From Eledone cirrhosa (lineage: Eukaryota), in the NCBI GenBank assembly GCA_964016885.1, contig OZ024744.1, positions 84,692,001-84,756,000 on the forward strand: DNA of 64,000 nucleotides, written 5' to 3'. Position numbers and translations under genes: made by a program. Positions 25,501 through 37,992 of the stretch are shown piece after piece. Under the pieces are notes generated by a model that was not told the origin of the DNA, made no database searches, and worked only from the letters and a program-made list of their open reading frames with translations. Positions within the stretch are counted from its first letter, which is position 1; the number at the start of each line of letters is the position of its first letter.

Positions 25501-28270
25501 TATTGTAGGTTGCCCACTTTTTAAAACGGTCGCCTATTCAGATCACACATGTATGATCTGTATCGTCGACCTAGATAAAACGCGTAGGTTGGAACCGGGT
25601 TCCTGGAAGCTGAACATGTCATTTCCGGCACGTAAGGCTTACAGGGACAGAGTCAACAATTTAGTTAAGCAAAATTTAACAGGGGGATCATCAACAACAG
25701 ATGGTGGGGGGCTTTGAAAAGAGAGATTAGAGTAACTTCAATAGAGTTCAGCAAAGAACTAGCGTTAGAGAAAAATAGAAAGGAGGGGGAGCTGGTAGAT
25801 AAGTTAGACGAGGCCATTTGTAGTGGCATTGAAACTGACGTGCTAGCGGCGAGAATGGTATTAGACCATTTCTTCAATGCGAAACACGAAGGTTGTATTG
25901 TCAGAGCTAAGGCGCGTGCGCTGAGAAACGAGGGAACCAAAGCTGTTCGATGGGCCCGCGTGGCGGAGGCGCAGCGTGGTAATAAAACCACAATTGGGTC
26001 TTTGGCGGACCGAGACGGACATGAGATAAGCGATTCCAAGCGGATGTGTGAGGCCTTTCACCTGCACTTTGCGAGTCAGAGAGAGTAGCGGATTTCAGTC
26101 CCTACCTTGACGGCTTGCCGCGCATCTCGACGGTCGACGCTGAGCGCTGCGAAAGGCCGATTACTTCAGCCGAAATTCAGGACGCCTTTGTCGGCTGCAT
26201 GAGGCGCAAGTCACCCGGTTTGGATGGCCTGCCGTACGAGCTTTACATTAATATGCCAGACTTGTTCTCCGATCTCCTCAAAGCACTCTACTGCAGCTGG
26301 CAGCAGAATGGGAGTATTCCCAGTTCTGTGAGCAGGGGAGTGGTGACACTGATAAGGAAAGACGAGAACAAGAGGGATACATTAGACAACTTCAGGCCCA
26401 TAACTCTGCTCATCACAGAGTTTAAGATTTTGGCCAAGGTGTTAGCAAAGAGATTGGCGCTTGTCGTCGAGGATTTGGTTGGGGAGGCGCAAACTTGTGC
26501 AATCCCATCAAGGTCCATACATGACAATCTCCACCTCATGCGCTACATCATAGAGAGGGTAGGGTGTAAACCTGGCTTCGCTGGGGCACTGATCAATTTA
26601 GATCAATCAAAAGCATTCGATAGGGTCGACCATCGGTATCTGGAGTTTGTCCTCAAAGCAGCTGGCTTCGGCCCTGTCTTCAGAAGCTGGATCGCTGCAA
26701 TGCACAGCGGCACACACTCGGTGGTCAAAATTAATGGCCATCTCTCGGAACCATTTCGGCTCTCCCGATTGGTCCATCAAGGGTGCCTTCTCTCTTCCCT
26801 TCTGTACGTATTGACTCTCGATCTCTTACAGCGGAAGCTGGAACTGTTTCAGGGAATTCCGCTCGAACCGGGACGTGGAAAGGCAGTGTCGGCTTATGCG
26901 GACGACATCACCGTGATGGTGTCGGACACCTCAGAAATCGAGGTGGTTGGCACCTTATTGAAGGAAATTGAAAGGTTGACAGGAGCCAAACTTAACCCGG
27001 AAAAGTCGGTGGGATTGCAGCTCTGAACCTGGAGAGGCAAGCATATGCCGTCCAACGGCGTAGTGGGGCGCTGGACGGACGGAACGGTAAAGTTTGGTTC
27101 GGACCAGACCTTCAGGAGGAAAAGAATTGGGACGAGGTAACGAGCAGAGTAGCCAGTCTCACCCAAAAATGGGCTGGGAGGAAGCTATCATTGAAAGGTC
27201 GCGCGGAGGTGGCGAATGCGTACGTTGCGTCCGTCATCTACTACCGCCTGACCGTCGTGCCTTGCCCCCGTCCTGGCCTTGTCAAGTTGGAACGGCATCT
27301 CTTCAAATTATTGTGGAGGGGACAAGTTTCGTTGGTGAGGTGGTCCATCTGCTGCCAGCACCCTCTACGCGGAGGGCTGGACATGCGTTGAGGCTGCGAC
27401 ATCTCCAGATATTCTGCCTGAACGGTTAACAGGTGTGGTCGACGTTTATCAGATGGGCCTTTCCGCAGCTCGTTTCTTGACGGAGCTGCAGTCCTGGGTC
27501 AAGAAGAGATCGAGACTGGGTGACTGGCACCTGGAATGTTGCCAGGTACTCACTGCCCTCTACCAAGCGGGCAATGCGATCAGTGGAACTTCCACTCTCG
27601 AGTTCTATAGAGGATTAGTGGTGGGCAAGTGCGATGACGCACTCGGAGAAGCTTTGTGGAACGAATCGGGCTATCGGCCGAGTCCATAGTGAAGATCGAC
27701 TCACCGCCTTCCTTAGGTCAGGAAGGGCAGGCAATTTTCCTCTGTCTGGTGGTAGTTGCGAAAGAGGTTATATGGTGGACCAGATTAAAAGGACTGATGA
27801 CAGACACTTTTCTATTCGGCTAATCCCTCATCAACTTCTACAAGTTTCACCTGGAAAGGAAGGTGAGGGTGGAGACAGATATACTGCCCCCCCCCCCCCC
27901 CAGTACATTTGCTAAAGGGTGCATGAATGTGGCGAGAATGGCACGTGTGAATGGGCCTACTCTGACCATGCGCTTATAGGCTAGCTAACTTGAGGAGAGG
28001 GGTGCTCTCCCTGGGTGCCCTAGAAGCGCAGGGTGGTTCAGGATTGGTGGGGTACCCGAGTCACCCCAGGGTCGTCCACCCCTATGGGGGAATTTATTTT
28101 GTTATATTTATGCATAGTTTATTTTATATTTTTTATATCTTCATTGTTAAATTAGTCTTGCCATTGTGCACTTTTACTCGACCTTATTGTAAACCCCCAC
28201 TGTCCCTGTCTTTGTATTGTCCCCTATATGTTGGCCCTTGTGGTTAATAAATGAAATCATTATTATTATT
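22593..28270 (+). mobile_element. L1/Tx1-clade LINE, copy B (near full length, disrupted)
   Basis: Duplicated ORF1 domain, ORF2 from 24863, 3' UTR with aataaa at ~28246 and (ATT)n tail. Confidence 0.92.
24863..27990 (+). pseudogene. Tx1 ORF2 (APE-RT), frameshifted, internal deletion near 27660
   Basis: DQSKAFDRVDH, HQGCLLSSLLY, AYADDITV, LSLKGRAEVAN; C-terminal CxxC region present in the 33730-33805 relative is missing here. Confidence 0.9.
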
Positions 28271-31200
28271 CTTTGAATCTCAGTCATTGATGTTATTTAA
28301 CTGGAAAGTTTGTTGAAATGAATATCAAGCCACTACCCGCAGCCTCAGATATTCAGGACGTAACGGAGGGTTCTTGCTGCTCCCAGCAAGCATGCCTTTT
28401 GAAGTGTTCCAAAAAGCGGTGCGGGACCAATTTTCTTTAACCATCCTTGGAAACTCTTTGAGATAGTACCTAGTGCGCCTATGACAATCGGGACCACTTT
28501 GACTTCATGGCAGTTCCAAATCCTTTTTACCTCCCACTCTAAGTCCTGGTATCGGTTAATTTTCTCCCTCTCCTTCTCTTGCACTCTCGTGTCGAATGGG
28601 CAGGCTACATCCACAATAAGGCACGATCTTTTTTCCTTGTCCAAAACCAACAGGTCAGGTCTATTGTGTTCCAATTTCTTGTCCGTCTGTATCCTAAAAT
28701 CCCACAGCATCTTCACCTGATCGTTTTCTATCAACGACTCTGGCTTATGCTCATACCACTTCTCAGAATGTGGTAAATTGTTTACTTTGCATAGGTGCCA
28801 GTGGATCACCCTGCCCATCACATTATATCGCCAGCCTTTATAGTGAGTCTGGGCTAGGTGTTTACACTTGGATACAATGTGAGCTACAGTCTCCTCTTTC
28901 TCTCTCAACAGATCCTACACAGTGGGCTAGCCTCCTCCTTGTAAATATGGTGTTTCACCCATTTCATTTTGAGGGCCTGCTCTTGCGCAGCCATTAGCAT
29001 TCCTTCTGTAGCCTTTTTAAAGTCTCCTCTTTTCAATCAGTTCCATGTCTGTGGATCTCTAAATTCAGTTTTCTCAAAGAAGGTACTATGAAGGGATTTT
29101 TCATGAAGGTTTCTCTTCTTCCTTGTTGTTATTTCCTCCTTGGACATCCCCTGGTCTATTGTCCTTTCCTTCTGTACAATTACGAGCATTGGCCCCCTCC
29201 TATCAGTCACGTATTTGTGTAGGTTGTTTTTCCCCATCTGAACACAGTTCTCTATGCTGATAAGACCTCTTCCACCTTCAGATCTCCTTAAGTAGAGTCT
29301 ATTGACATCACTCCTCTTGTGGAACATGTTGTAGATAGTCAATAGCTTCCTAGTCTTCCTATCTATTTCTTTTTGTTCAGCAACATTCCATCACAGAATT
29401 CTCGCACTGTATCTAATAATAGACACAGCTCGGGAATTTACTGCACTTATGGCATTCCTACTGTTCAGATGTGATTTTAATGCGCTCCTTACTCTCCGAA
29501 TGTATTCAGATCTTATCAATTCCTTCATTTTTTTGTTCTTGATGTCATCTGTCTCCAGAACACCTAAATATTTGTATCCTTCTTCAGTGTCAATTTCCTT
29601 TATCATCTCACCTGTTGGTACCTGGATTCCGTTGCTTCTGCTCAATTTACTCCTCTTCATCACTAGGACTCCACACTTACTAATACAAAATTGCATACAT
29701 ATATCATTGCTGAAAATACGGACAGTGTTAACAAGCACATCCAACTCCTTCTCACTCTTCCCGAAGAGCTTAAGATCGTCCATGAAGAGGAGCTGATTGA
29801 TGGTAAGCTCTCCCTTTCCCAACTTGTATCCTGCTCTTACCTTTCGCAGTATAATGGTCAGGGGGATCAGGGCAAGGACAAACAACAGAGGGGACAAACT
29901 ATCTCCCTGGAAGATATGTCTCTTGATATCACGCTTCCCAAGGATTCTCCACCCGATGTTAACTCTGTTTTCCAGGACTTCATACTTTTGCTCAACAACT
30001 GTCTGATGTTCTCTGCCAACTTGAAGATCTCTAGGCTTTTGGTTATACAAGAATGAGGTACCATGTCGAATGCCTTTTTGTAGTCTATCCATCCCATGGC
30101 AAGATCTGTGTGTCTCCTCTTGCAATTCCTCATTACCATCTTATCAATAAGTAACTTGTCCTTTGTACCACGGGACTTCTTTCAGCATCCTTTCTGTTCG
30201 TCAAGTTGGTTATATGGAGGTGATGGTAGATTTCCTCAGACACAATACTTGTTAACAGTTTCCACCTTTCGGACAGACATGTAATAGGTCTATAGTTGGT
30301 AACATCATTACCCTTGATTCGGCCTTTCATTATCAGAACTGTGGTACCTCTTGTCAACCACTCTGGTACCTCACCTGACATCAAGCAGTCATTGAACAAG
30401 GTTGTCAGTTTCGGGTGGAGGGATGTTATATTTTTAATCCAATACCCCTGCACACCATCTGGGCCTGGTGATTTCCAGTTGGTTAGTTTTCTGGCCTGCC
30501 CCTTAAGAGTTTCAACTGTGATACTCAAATCAGTTTGTTGGTGTGCCTGTTCACTAATCTACTTTTGTACTGTCTCAATTCACACTGCCTGATCATTATG
30601 TTTAACATCCTGCTCCCATATTCCTCTCCAGAATGTCTTAGTCTGTTCCGCCTCAGGGATCAAGTCGTTGTCTCTTTCTTCCCCTTCAAGCTGTCCAAAC
30701 AACATCTTCTGGTTGTTGTCAAACATGCGGTTCTGTCTATACTGACTGACTTTGCTCTCGTATCGCCTAATCTTTGCACTCTTTGCTACAATGCGTTGCT
30801 TCAGTTCCTCTATGATAATATTTAGCTTTTTCCTCCTAGTTTTGTACTTTATTTCCAGTTTATTTTTAGTGTCTATGTTTTGTAGTGTCCCATTCAGTAG
30901 GGACTCAAGCTTTCCAATGTCAATTCTCATTTCCCTGATTTGACCATTCGGTCGTTTCTTCCACCAAGGTTCTGATCTTTCTTGTTTGTTGTTCCCTCTC
31001 GTTTTATGCCAAGTTATTTCCTCGCCGCCTTTGCTGTTGCTTTGAGGTTATTGTTGCACTGGTGAAGGTGCCTCGCCTCAAGGTATGGGATGACTTTGTT
31101 TACCTTAGTGTTGTTTCTTTTAACTTTTTCCTGTCTACAAATCTTAGGTTCATAGGTTTCCCACTATCATTGTTCATTGCATCTACCACTAAGTTTAGGA

Positions 31201-31326
31201 TATCAGCCAAATCTTGTCCTAGCCCGTCGCCATTCATCTCCTGAATGGCCGTATCTTTGTTCCAGGTTTTATTTATTTCAGCATTCAGATAATTGTCTGC
31301 TTCGGATGCTTCCTCCGTGCTCTCAA
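28271..31326 (-). mobile_element. R4/Dong-clade non-LTR retrotransposon (RT plus restriction-like endonuclease), 5'-truncated
   Basis: [84 protein letters not shown]; 3' end runs into (TAA)n on the minus strand. Confidence 0.88.
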
Positions 31327-34300
31327 CCTGCTCAACGACCTCAGGTCACTAAACATGGCGAGACCAGAATCTCCGAAGTCCGGGCCTTCGCACCGATTTT
31401 CGGCGGCTACGATGTGTACGCATTTCCCAGCCGTCCTGGATCGGGGGGACGAGTTGCTGTGCTTTTTCGGAGAGGTTTGGATCTCGCCATATGGGCCATC
31501 TTCCTGGACCCAGAAGGTAAGTTGGTGGTGCTGGACGTGACCAGCGGAAACGGGCATGCTTTCAGGCTAGTGGCCGTCTATGCCCCGACAGGAGCAGGGC
31601 GGCCTCATTTCTTCCGGCGTCTGAAGTGCTTTCTAGGAACGTCCCGCTCTTTAGTGTTAGTGGGCGACTGGAACGGGATCTTAGATGCACGCTGGGACTG
31701 TGGGATTAGCGGATAGGGGAGGAGGGTGCAAGAGCCTCACCAACATGCTCAGGCGTTTTGAACTATCTGACAGGTACCGATTGGATTTCCCGAATGTGCC
31801 AATGTGGACTTGGACAAACCGTATCGGGTCATCCAGATCATATCTAGATAGAGTATTTTGTAGGGAAATAGATAGGTCTAGCATAGGCTGTCTACAATTC
31901 AAGATAGTCAGCTACGCGGACCACAAATTCGTGATCTGTGTGCTTGACTTAGATAGGCTTCATAGACAAGGACCCGGCTACTGGAAGCTAAACGCGTCCT
32001 TACCAGCGCGCAAGGCCTACAGACACCGGATTAGCGAACTAGTTAAGCGAGCCTTGACGGGGGCCATCGTCAACAACAAGTGGTGGTTTGCTCTGAAAAG
32101 AGCGATTAGAATAGAGTCCATTAGGTTTAGTAAGGGTTTAGCTATAGAAAAAAATAGAGCAGAGGGAGAACTAGTTAGAAAATTACACGAGGCGCTTAGC
32201 AAAGGCATCGCGACCGACGTACTTGCGGCGAAATTGGCTCTTGACCAATTCTTCAATGCAAAGCACGAAGGCTGCGTTTTCAGAGCTAGGGTGCATGCTC
32301 TCAGACACGAGGAGATGAAAGCCGTTCAATGGGCCACGATTCGGTCTTTGGTGGACCACGACGGGCGCATGCTACTCGATCCCGGGCAAATGTGTAAAGC
32401 TTTTTAGCGACACTTCGCTCAGCTGTTCGGGGGCAGCGGCGGGCCGGATTGAGGGATGGACTTTAGTGTCTACCTCGACGGACTGCCGCGGCTCTCGGCC
32501 ACTGAGGCGGAGTGTTGCGAAAAGCCGATAACAGCCGCTGAAGTACGGGAGGCAATGAATGGCTGCACAAGGGGTAAATCGCCTGGTTTGGATGGTCTGC
32601 CCTATGAACTTTCCGTACAGATGCCAGACTTGTTCGGAGGCCTCTTGGCGGAGGTCTACTGCAACTGGCAACAGAACGGGAACATTCCCAGGATGTCCCC
32701 CTCTAGTCCCTCTTGTAGGTATTGACTCTCGAGCCATTACTGCACAAACTGGAGACGTTGAGGGGGGTCCCGCGCTAACTAGGATGCGGAAGATCCGTGT
32801 CAGCATATGCGGACGATGTCACCGTTGTGCTGTCGAGCGCCAAACACATCGAGGCGATCGGCACTACACTAAGAGAATACGAAGCGGTGACAGGAGCAAT
32901 GATCAACCAGGAAAAGTCAGTGGGCCTGCAGCTCGGCACCTGGAGAGGCAGGTCCATGCCGTCCAACAGCGTTGTCGGACGCTGGACGGACGGACCGGTT
33001 AAATTGCTAGGGGTCTGGTTAGGTCTGGACCTCCAGACGGACAAAAACTGGGACGAGGTAACGAGCAGGGTGGCTTCTCTCATCCAAAATAGGCGGAGAG
33101 GAAGCTATCCCTGAAAGGTCGAGCGGAGGTGGCTAACGCGTACATTGCGTCCGTCATCTACTACCGCCTGACCGTCGTACCTTGTCCCAAGCCCCACCTG
33201 ACTGCACTGGAGCGTTTGCTCTTTCGCTTTTTGTGGAAGGGACGCGCTCCGATGGTCAGGCGGTCAATCTGCTGTCAACACCAGCTACGTGGAGGGCTGG
33301 GAATGCCGTGGCTGATGATGCGCAGACACGTGCTCAGGCTACGACATCTTCACCTCTTCCTCGACGGTGATCAGGTCTGGTCGCCGTTTGCTAGACGCGT
33401 CTTTCCCCAGCCTGTCTCTTGACGGAGCTGCAGTCCTGGGTCAAGCGAAGACCGAGAGGGAGCGCTTGAGACTGATATGTCTTCAGGCGCTCACATCCCT
33501 CGACCAATCGGGCAATGTGATGGGTGGAAACTCCACCTCGGCGTTCTATAGAGGATTAGTGGAGGGGATGAGCGACGACGTACTTGGCGCCGACGAAAAT
33601 CAACTAGCCAATCTCTTCGGAAGAACTTTCGGGCCGGGGCCTATGGACAACTTCCAGAAATCCCTGGCCTGGCAGTGCTACCGAGGAGCTTTGCCAGTTC
33701 GGGATAAACTCTACAGGCATGGAGGTGCCGTCAGCTGGGCATGTCCGAGATGCGCTGGGCGACGAAACCGTCCTGCACGCACTCGTCCAGTGTCCGAGCA
33801 TTGCTGACTAGTGGGTTTATGTTTAACACCTGCTGTCGCGTGTAGGACGGATCCGGCTATCAGCTGAGTCCATCGCGAGGATTGCCCCGCCCTCTTCCTT
33901 TAGCCGGGATTGGCAGGCAATTTTTATCTGTCTGGTGGCCATGGTGAAAGAGATAGTGTGGTGGACACGTTTGAAAGGGCTGAAGACGAGCACTTACCTC
34001 TTCGGTGATGCCCTGATTAACTTTTTTCAAATTTCATTTGAAAAGGAAAATCAGGGTAGAGAGGGAAGGGCTCTCCTCCTAGCATTTTGTTGAAAGATGG
34101 GTGAGAGAAGCAAGAATGGCCCGAGTGAATAGGCCTACTCTGAGTATGTGTCTGTAAATTAAAGGTGGAAAACTGGGAGAGGGCACTTGCCCTGGTGGTC
34201 AGGGTCACTGTGACCTTTTAATGGGCTTTCTCCACAAATGTCCCTCGGAAGTCTCCCCCCTATTGGGGAATTTTTAAATGTTATTTTTTTGTTACATCCT

Positions 34301-34406
34301 CTGTTTTTGTTTTTTACACGCAGAATGTCCATTTGTACCGTCCTGTATTGTCCTGTACTGTCCTTAATGTCTACTTTATGTAAACCCTTGTGGTTAATAA
34401 AGAAAG

Positions 34407-34452
<46 letters not shown>
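31327..34452 (+). mobile_element. L1/Tx1-clade LINE, related subfamily C, 5'-truncated, RT core deleted near 32695
   Basis: APE motifs GDWNGILD, SYLDRVF, GPGYWKLN; AYADDV; CPRC..H..C; aataaa and ~15 ATT repeats at 34408-34452. Confidence 0.9.
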
Positions 34453-34458
34453 GTTTTT

Positions 34459-34505
34459 TTTCATCTCGTGCAATGGCCATACTCGATAACGAGGGGGCAG
34501 CCTTC
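34459..34505 (+). mobile_element. RTE-type LINE 3' terminus
   Basis: tggccatactcgataacgagggggcagcc, similar to 41778-41810 and to 62499-62533 where it directly follows an LAGLKSHTRSAH finger. Confidence 0.6.
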
Positions 34506-34509
34506 ATGC

Positions 34510-34581
<72 letters not shown>

Positions 34582-35007
34582 ACTAGGAATTGATCAACAT
34601 ATATATAAATAAATATAAACATGAAAAATCACAGGAGATAATTTCTACAAGCGTGTAACCACGCATGGCTAGTAGGTAACAAGTAAATAAAGTTAACTAG
34701 AACTTCAAAAATATATACCTTTTAATGATTAATCTTCCCTGTATATATTTCATTAAAGAAATATATTTCACCAATTAATCAGATAGTAAGTCACGGAAAG
34801 TGGATATTATTGGATTAGTACCAGTAATGCACTGGGTAATTGCTGGCCTTGTGCCTAAAGTAGAAACAATTATTGGATTATCGACAAGGAAGAATAATAT
34901 CAAGCGATCCATGTTTACACTTCGAGTCAAACAGTATTCCATAATATATATATATATATATTATGGAATACTGTTGGCTTTTTGCTACGATGTTTTATAT
35001 ACCTTTC

Positions 35008-35042
<35 letters not shown>

Positions 35043-35210
35043 GGTAAATATTGATGCAATTCAGATCAAGCACTCAACGTGCTTTTTCCACATAGGAGTG
35101 ACGGAGTAAATATCGAATAAGGAAAAGCGAAGTAGTTTCAGATGTTCAAGTCCTTTAATTATAATGCTGTGATATATATTTCAGTGACGACATTGGTCAT
35201 AATACTACAT

Positions 35211-35714
35211 TTACAGGTCATAATACTACCCCTCACTAAGCGTTGACGGTACGACTGTTTTTCTTTGATTTTGTTCCATGTGATGGAAATTAGGACTGTG
35301 TACCAGATTCACTAATGCCTGGAGCCCTGTAGTTATAATGTACGACACTGTCGTTCAATATGTGGATAGAGTAACTGTGACACTAGAATCCCTCTCAGAA
35401 CATATTACTTAAACACCTTTCTCCATGTTATTTACTCACTTCAGTCTATATTTTTACTCACCTCAATCCGAATTATCACCTGAAAAGAATTTTTTTAATT
35501 CTTTTTTTTATTCTTTAATTTCTAATTGTTAATTTCTTAATTGTTTAATTTATAATTTCTGATATTTGATTTAGGATTTTAATTTTTATTTCCAACTCTC
35601 ACTATTAACTTCCAACGTAAAACCATGATACCTAGAATAAGTTTATTTTCCCTTATAAGGTGATGGTCAGTCGTACCGTCAACGCTTAGTGAGGGGTAGT
35701 ATTATGACCTGTAA
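35211..35714. repeat. ~48-bp perfect inverted repeats enclosing ~410 bp (MITE or inverted pLTR)
   Basis: ttacaggtcataatactacccctcactaagcgttgacggtacgactg at 35211-35257, reverse complement at 35668-35714. Confidence 0.75.
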
Positions 35715-36022
35715 AAACTAACACTCTCCCATCCCCTCTGGCTCTCGGCTGACTGCCACAGCCGTGATGGGTAGCAGTAAAATATGGTACAGGCATTGGT
35801 GGGCCATTGTTTTGGATGACAGGGTGAACTGACTAGGCAAATTTCGTTGAAGTATGCGGTGGAGTATGGTCAACTTCCTTCAGACATGCGCTTGCGCAGG
35901 CCGGTGGGGGTGAATTGGTACTCACAAGGGAGCGGATGAAAAACCCAAGAACACGCAATTCATCCGTTCCCTTGTCGATCCAATTTGGATTGCCTCGGAA
36001 ACACAACCTTATTATGTAACAA

Positions 36023-36096
36023 GCTGTCTGATGATGACATGACACTCGCACACAGAACAGTGTGGCCAGTGTCGTCACTGAAATATATATCACAGC
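36023..36096 (+). ncRNA. Type I hammerhead ribozyme (Penelope pLTR type)
   Basis: gctgt-CTGATGA-stem II-GAAA-tatata-TC-acagc; stem I gctgt/acagc; AUC site; 3' half repeated inverted at 35115-35200. Confidence 0.75.
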
Positions 36097-36362
36097 ATTA
36101 TAATTAAAGGACTTGAACATCTGAAACTACTTCGCTTTTCCTTATTCTATATATATATATATATATATAACGAAGGAAATGTGGTAAGGAACCAGGTGGA
36201 CCATAACGCACCAAAGTACTCAATACTTAGGGTAGTAGAGTGGGTAATAGGAACAAGTAAGACCCCGACGGCTGAGCTCAAGCCGTTTCGACGTTAATAT
36301 CGTATTATATATATATATAATACGATATTAACAAATGGAAACTATATTTATAAAACCATACT

Positions 36363-36427
36363 TATTTCATTATACATATTTCAAGGACACCAAGTTAAAT
36401 TATGGTGTGCTTTCATCAGATAAAATA
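36363..36427 (-). ncRNA. Type I hammerhead ribozyme (Penelope pLTR type)
   Basis: Minus: tattttat-CTGATGA-aagcacacca/tggtgtcctt-GAAA-tatgta-TA-atgaaata; downstream sequence shared with 45509-45610. Confidence 0.75.
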
Positions 36428-36577
36428 TAATATAGATCAGTTTTATAAATAAATATTGACATACCCTTAAAGAATGCAACCATGTATATGTAAATATATA
36501 TGCATATAGATATATGTATATATATTTACACATGTATATATATATATATATATGGATGGATATATAGAGTATTTATA

Positions 36578-36615
<38 letters not shown>

Positions 36616-37105
36616 CAGACACACACAAGCAAATGCCGGGGCTTGTCCGGCCACATCCTCTTTGCAGCGGTCACTGTCAACACCACAGGCGTCCTTGGAC
36701 ACCCTGCAGCCAAGGTCCTCCGTAAAATCGGAACATCGGCAACCTGTCAGATGAAGGAGCCCTGCGAGGTGGGTTGGCTGTTGCAGTGGGTATTGCTGGC
36801 CCTTGTCCTCGGAAATGCTTTTGCAATTTTTATCAGCGAAGTGTAGCGATATACTACCCCGACTTAGACGTAGGGTATCACCCTCTCCCTTCTCTTTTTT
36901 TACTTTGTCTTGTAGTCCTTGCTCTTTCCCTCCTTTTCTTCTCATTTATGACATTTATAGTCCTTTCCTCTACAGCCAAATCTGCCCTTCTTTCTGGCCA
37001 TTTTTCCATTACCTAATTTTGTTTTTATTTTAAATATCTCCATCGTTGTATAACTTCTGTTTGTAAAATATAGTTGACATATGTTTATGTATAACATAAC
37101 AAAAT
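36616..37105 (+). mobile_element. CRE-like LINE 3' fragment
   Basis: KCRGLSGHILFAAVTVNTTGVLGHPAAKVLRKIG...WLLQWVLLALVLGNAFAI plus T-rich UTR; near-identical copy at 54313-54805. Confidence 0.65.
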
Positions 37106-37474
37106 AACGGCCTTTAAAGCTTTAAAATATATAAAATAATATCCCTACATTCTACAGATAATCTGGGTGGTATTTCTTTGTTTCTTTCTGGTGTGTACAG
37201 ATGTTAGGCAGAGAGGGGAAGACAGACACTGACGTGAGAACATCTACGTGGTTTCTCGAAGTTCTTGAAATAACTGCCAAATGTCCCTCAAATCACACTG
37301 CTTAAGGTGAATGTGATCCTAGACACTGTATTTTCTGAAAAAATATGGTGGTCACAATTGGGTTATCATTCCCTTCTAAGATCATGATTGTACTGAGTCT
37401 AAATAGCAACACACAGCGGCACACGCTACAGTATACTTCGACTCCTCGGAAGGAGGTTTTCATACGCACAGATG

Positions 37475-37475
<1 letters not shown>

Positions 37476-37505
<30 letters not shown>

Positions 37506-37583
37506 TATATACATATATATATATATGTATATATATATACATATATATATATATGTATATATATATACATATATATATATATG

Positions 37584-37665
<82 letters not shown>

Positions 37666-37677
37666 CATATATATACA

Positions 37678-37746
<69 letters not shown>
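37476..37746. repeat. Interrupted (TA)n microsatellite
   Basis: Direct reading. Confidence 0.95.
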
Positions 37747-37747
<1 letters not shown>

Positions 37748-37939
37748 GGAACGAGTAGGACCCCGACGGCTGAGCTCAAGCCGTTTCGACGGCTAATTCT
37801 GGACTACAGAATTAGCCGTCGAAACGGCTTGAGCTCATCCGTCGGGGTCCTACTCGTTCCTATTACTCACTCTACTACCCTAAGTATTGAGTATGTTGGT
37901 GCGTTATGGTCCATCTGGTTCCTTACCACATTTCCTTCG

Positions 37940-37941
<2 letters not shown>
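37747..37941. repeat. Fold-back pLTR fragment (55-bp arms, 5-nt spacer) with half-hammerhead
   Basis: 37747-37801 is the reverse complement of 37807-37862. Confidence 0.8.

Positions 37942-37992
<51 letters not shown>

Noticed and set aside
34459-34505. U1 snRNA fragment (minus-strand ccattgcac)
   Set aside because: Only a 9-nt match; better explained as an RTE 3' terminus
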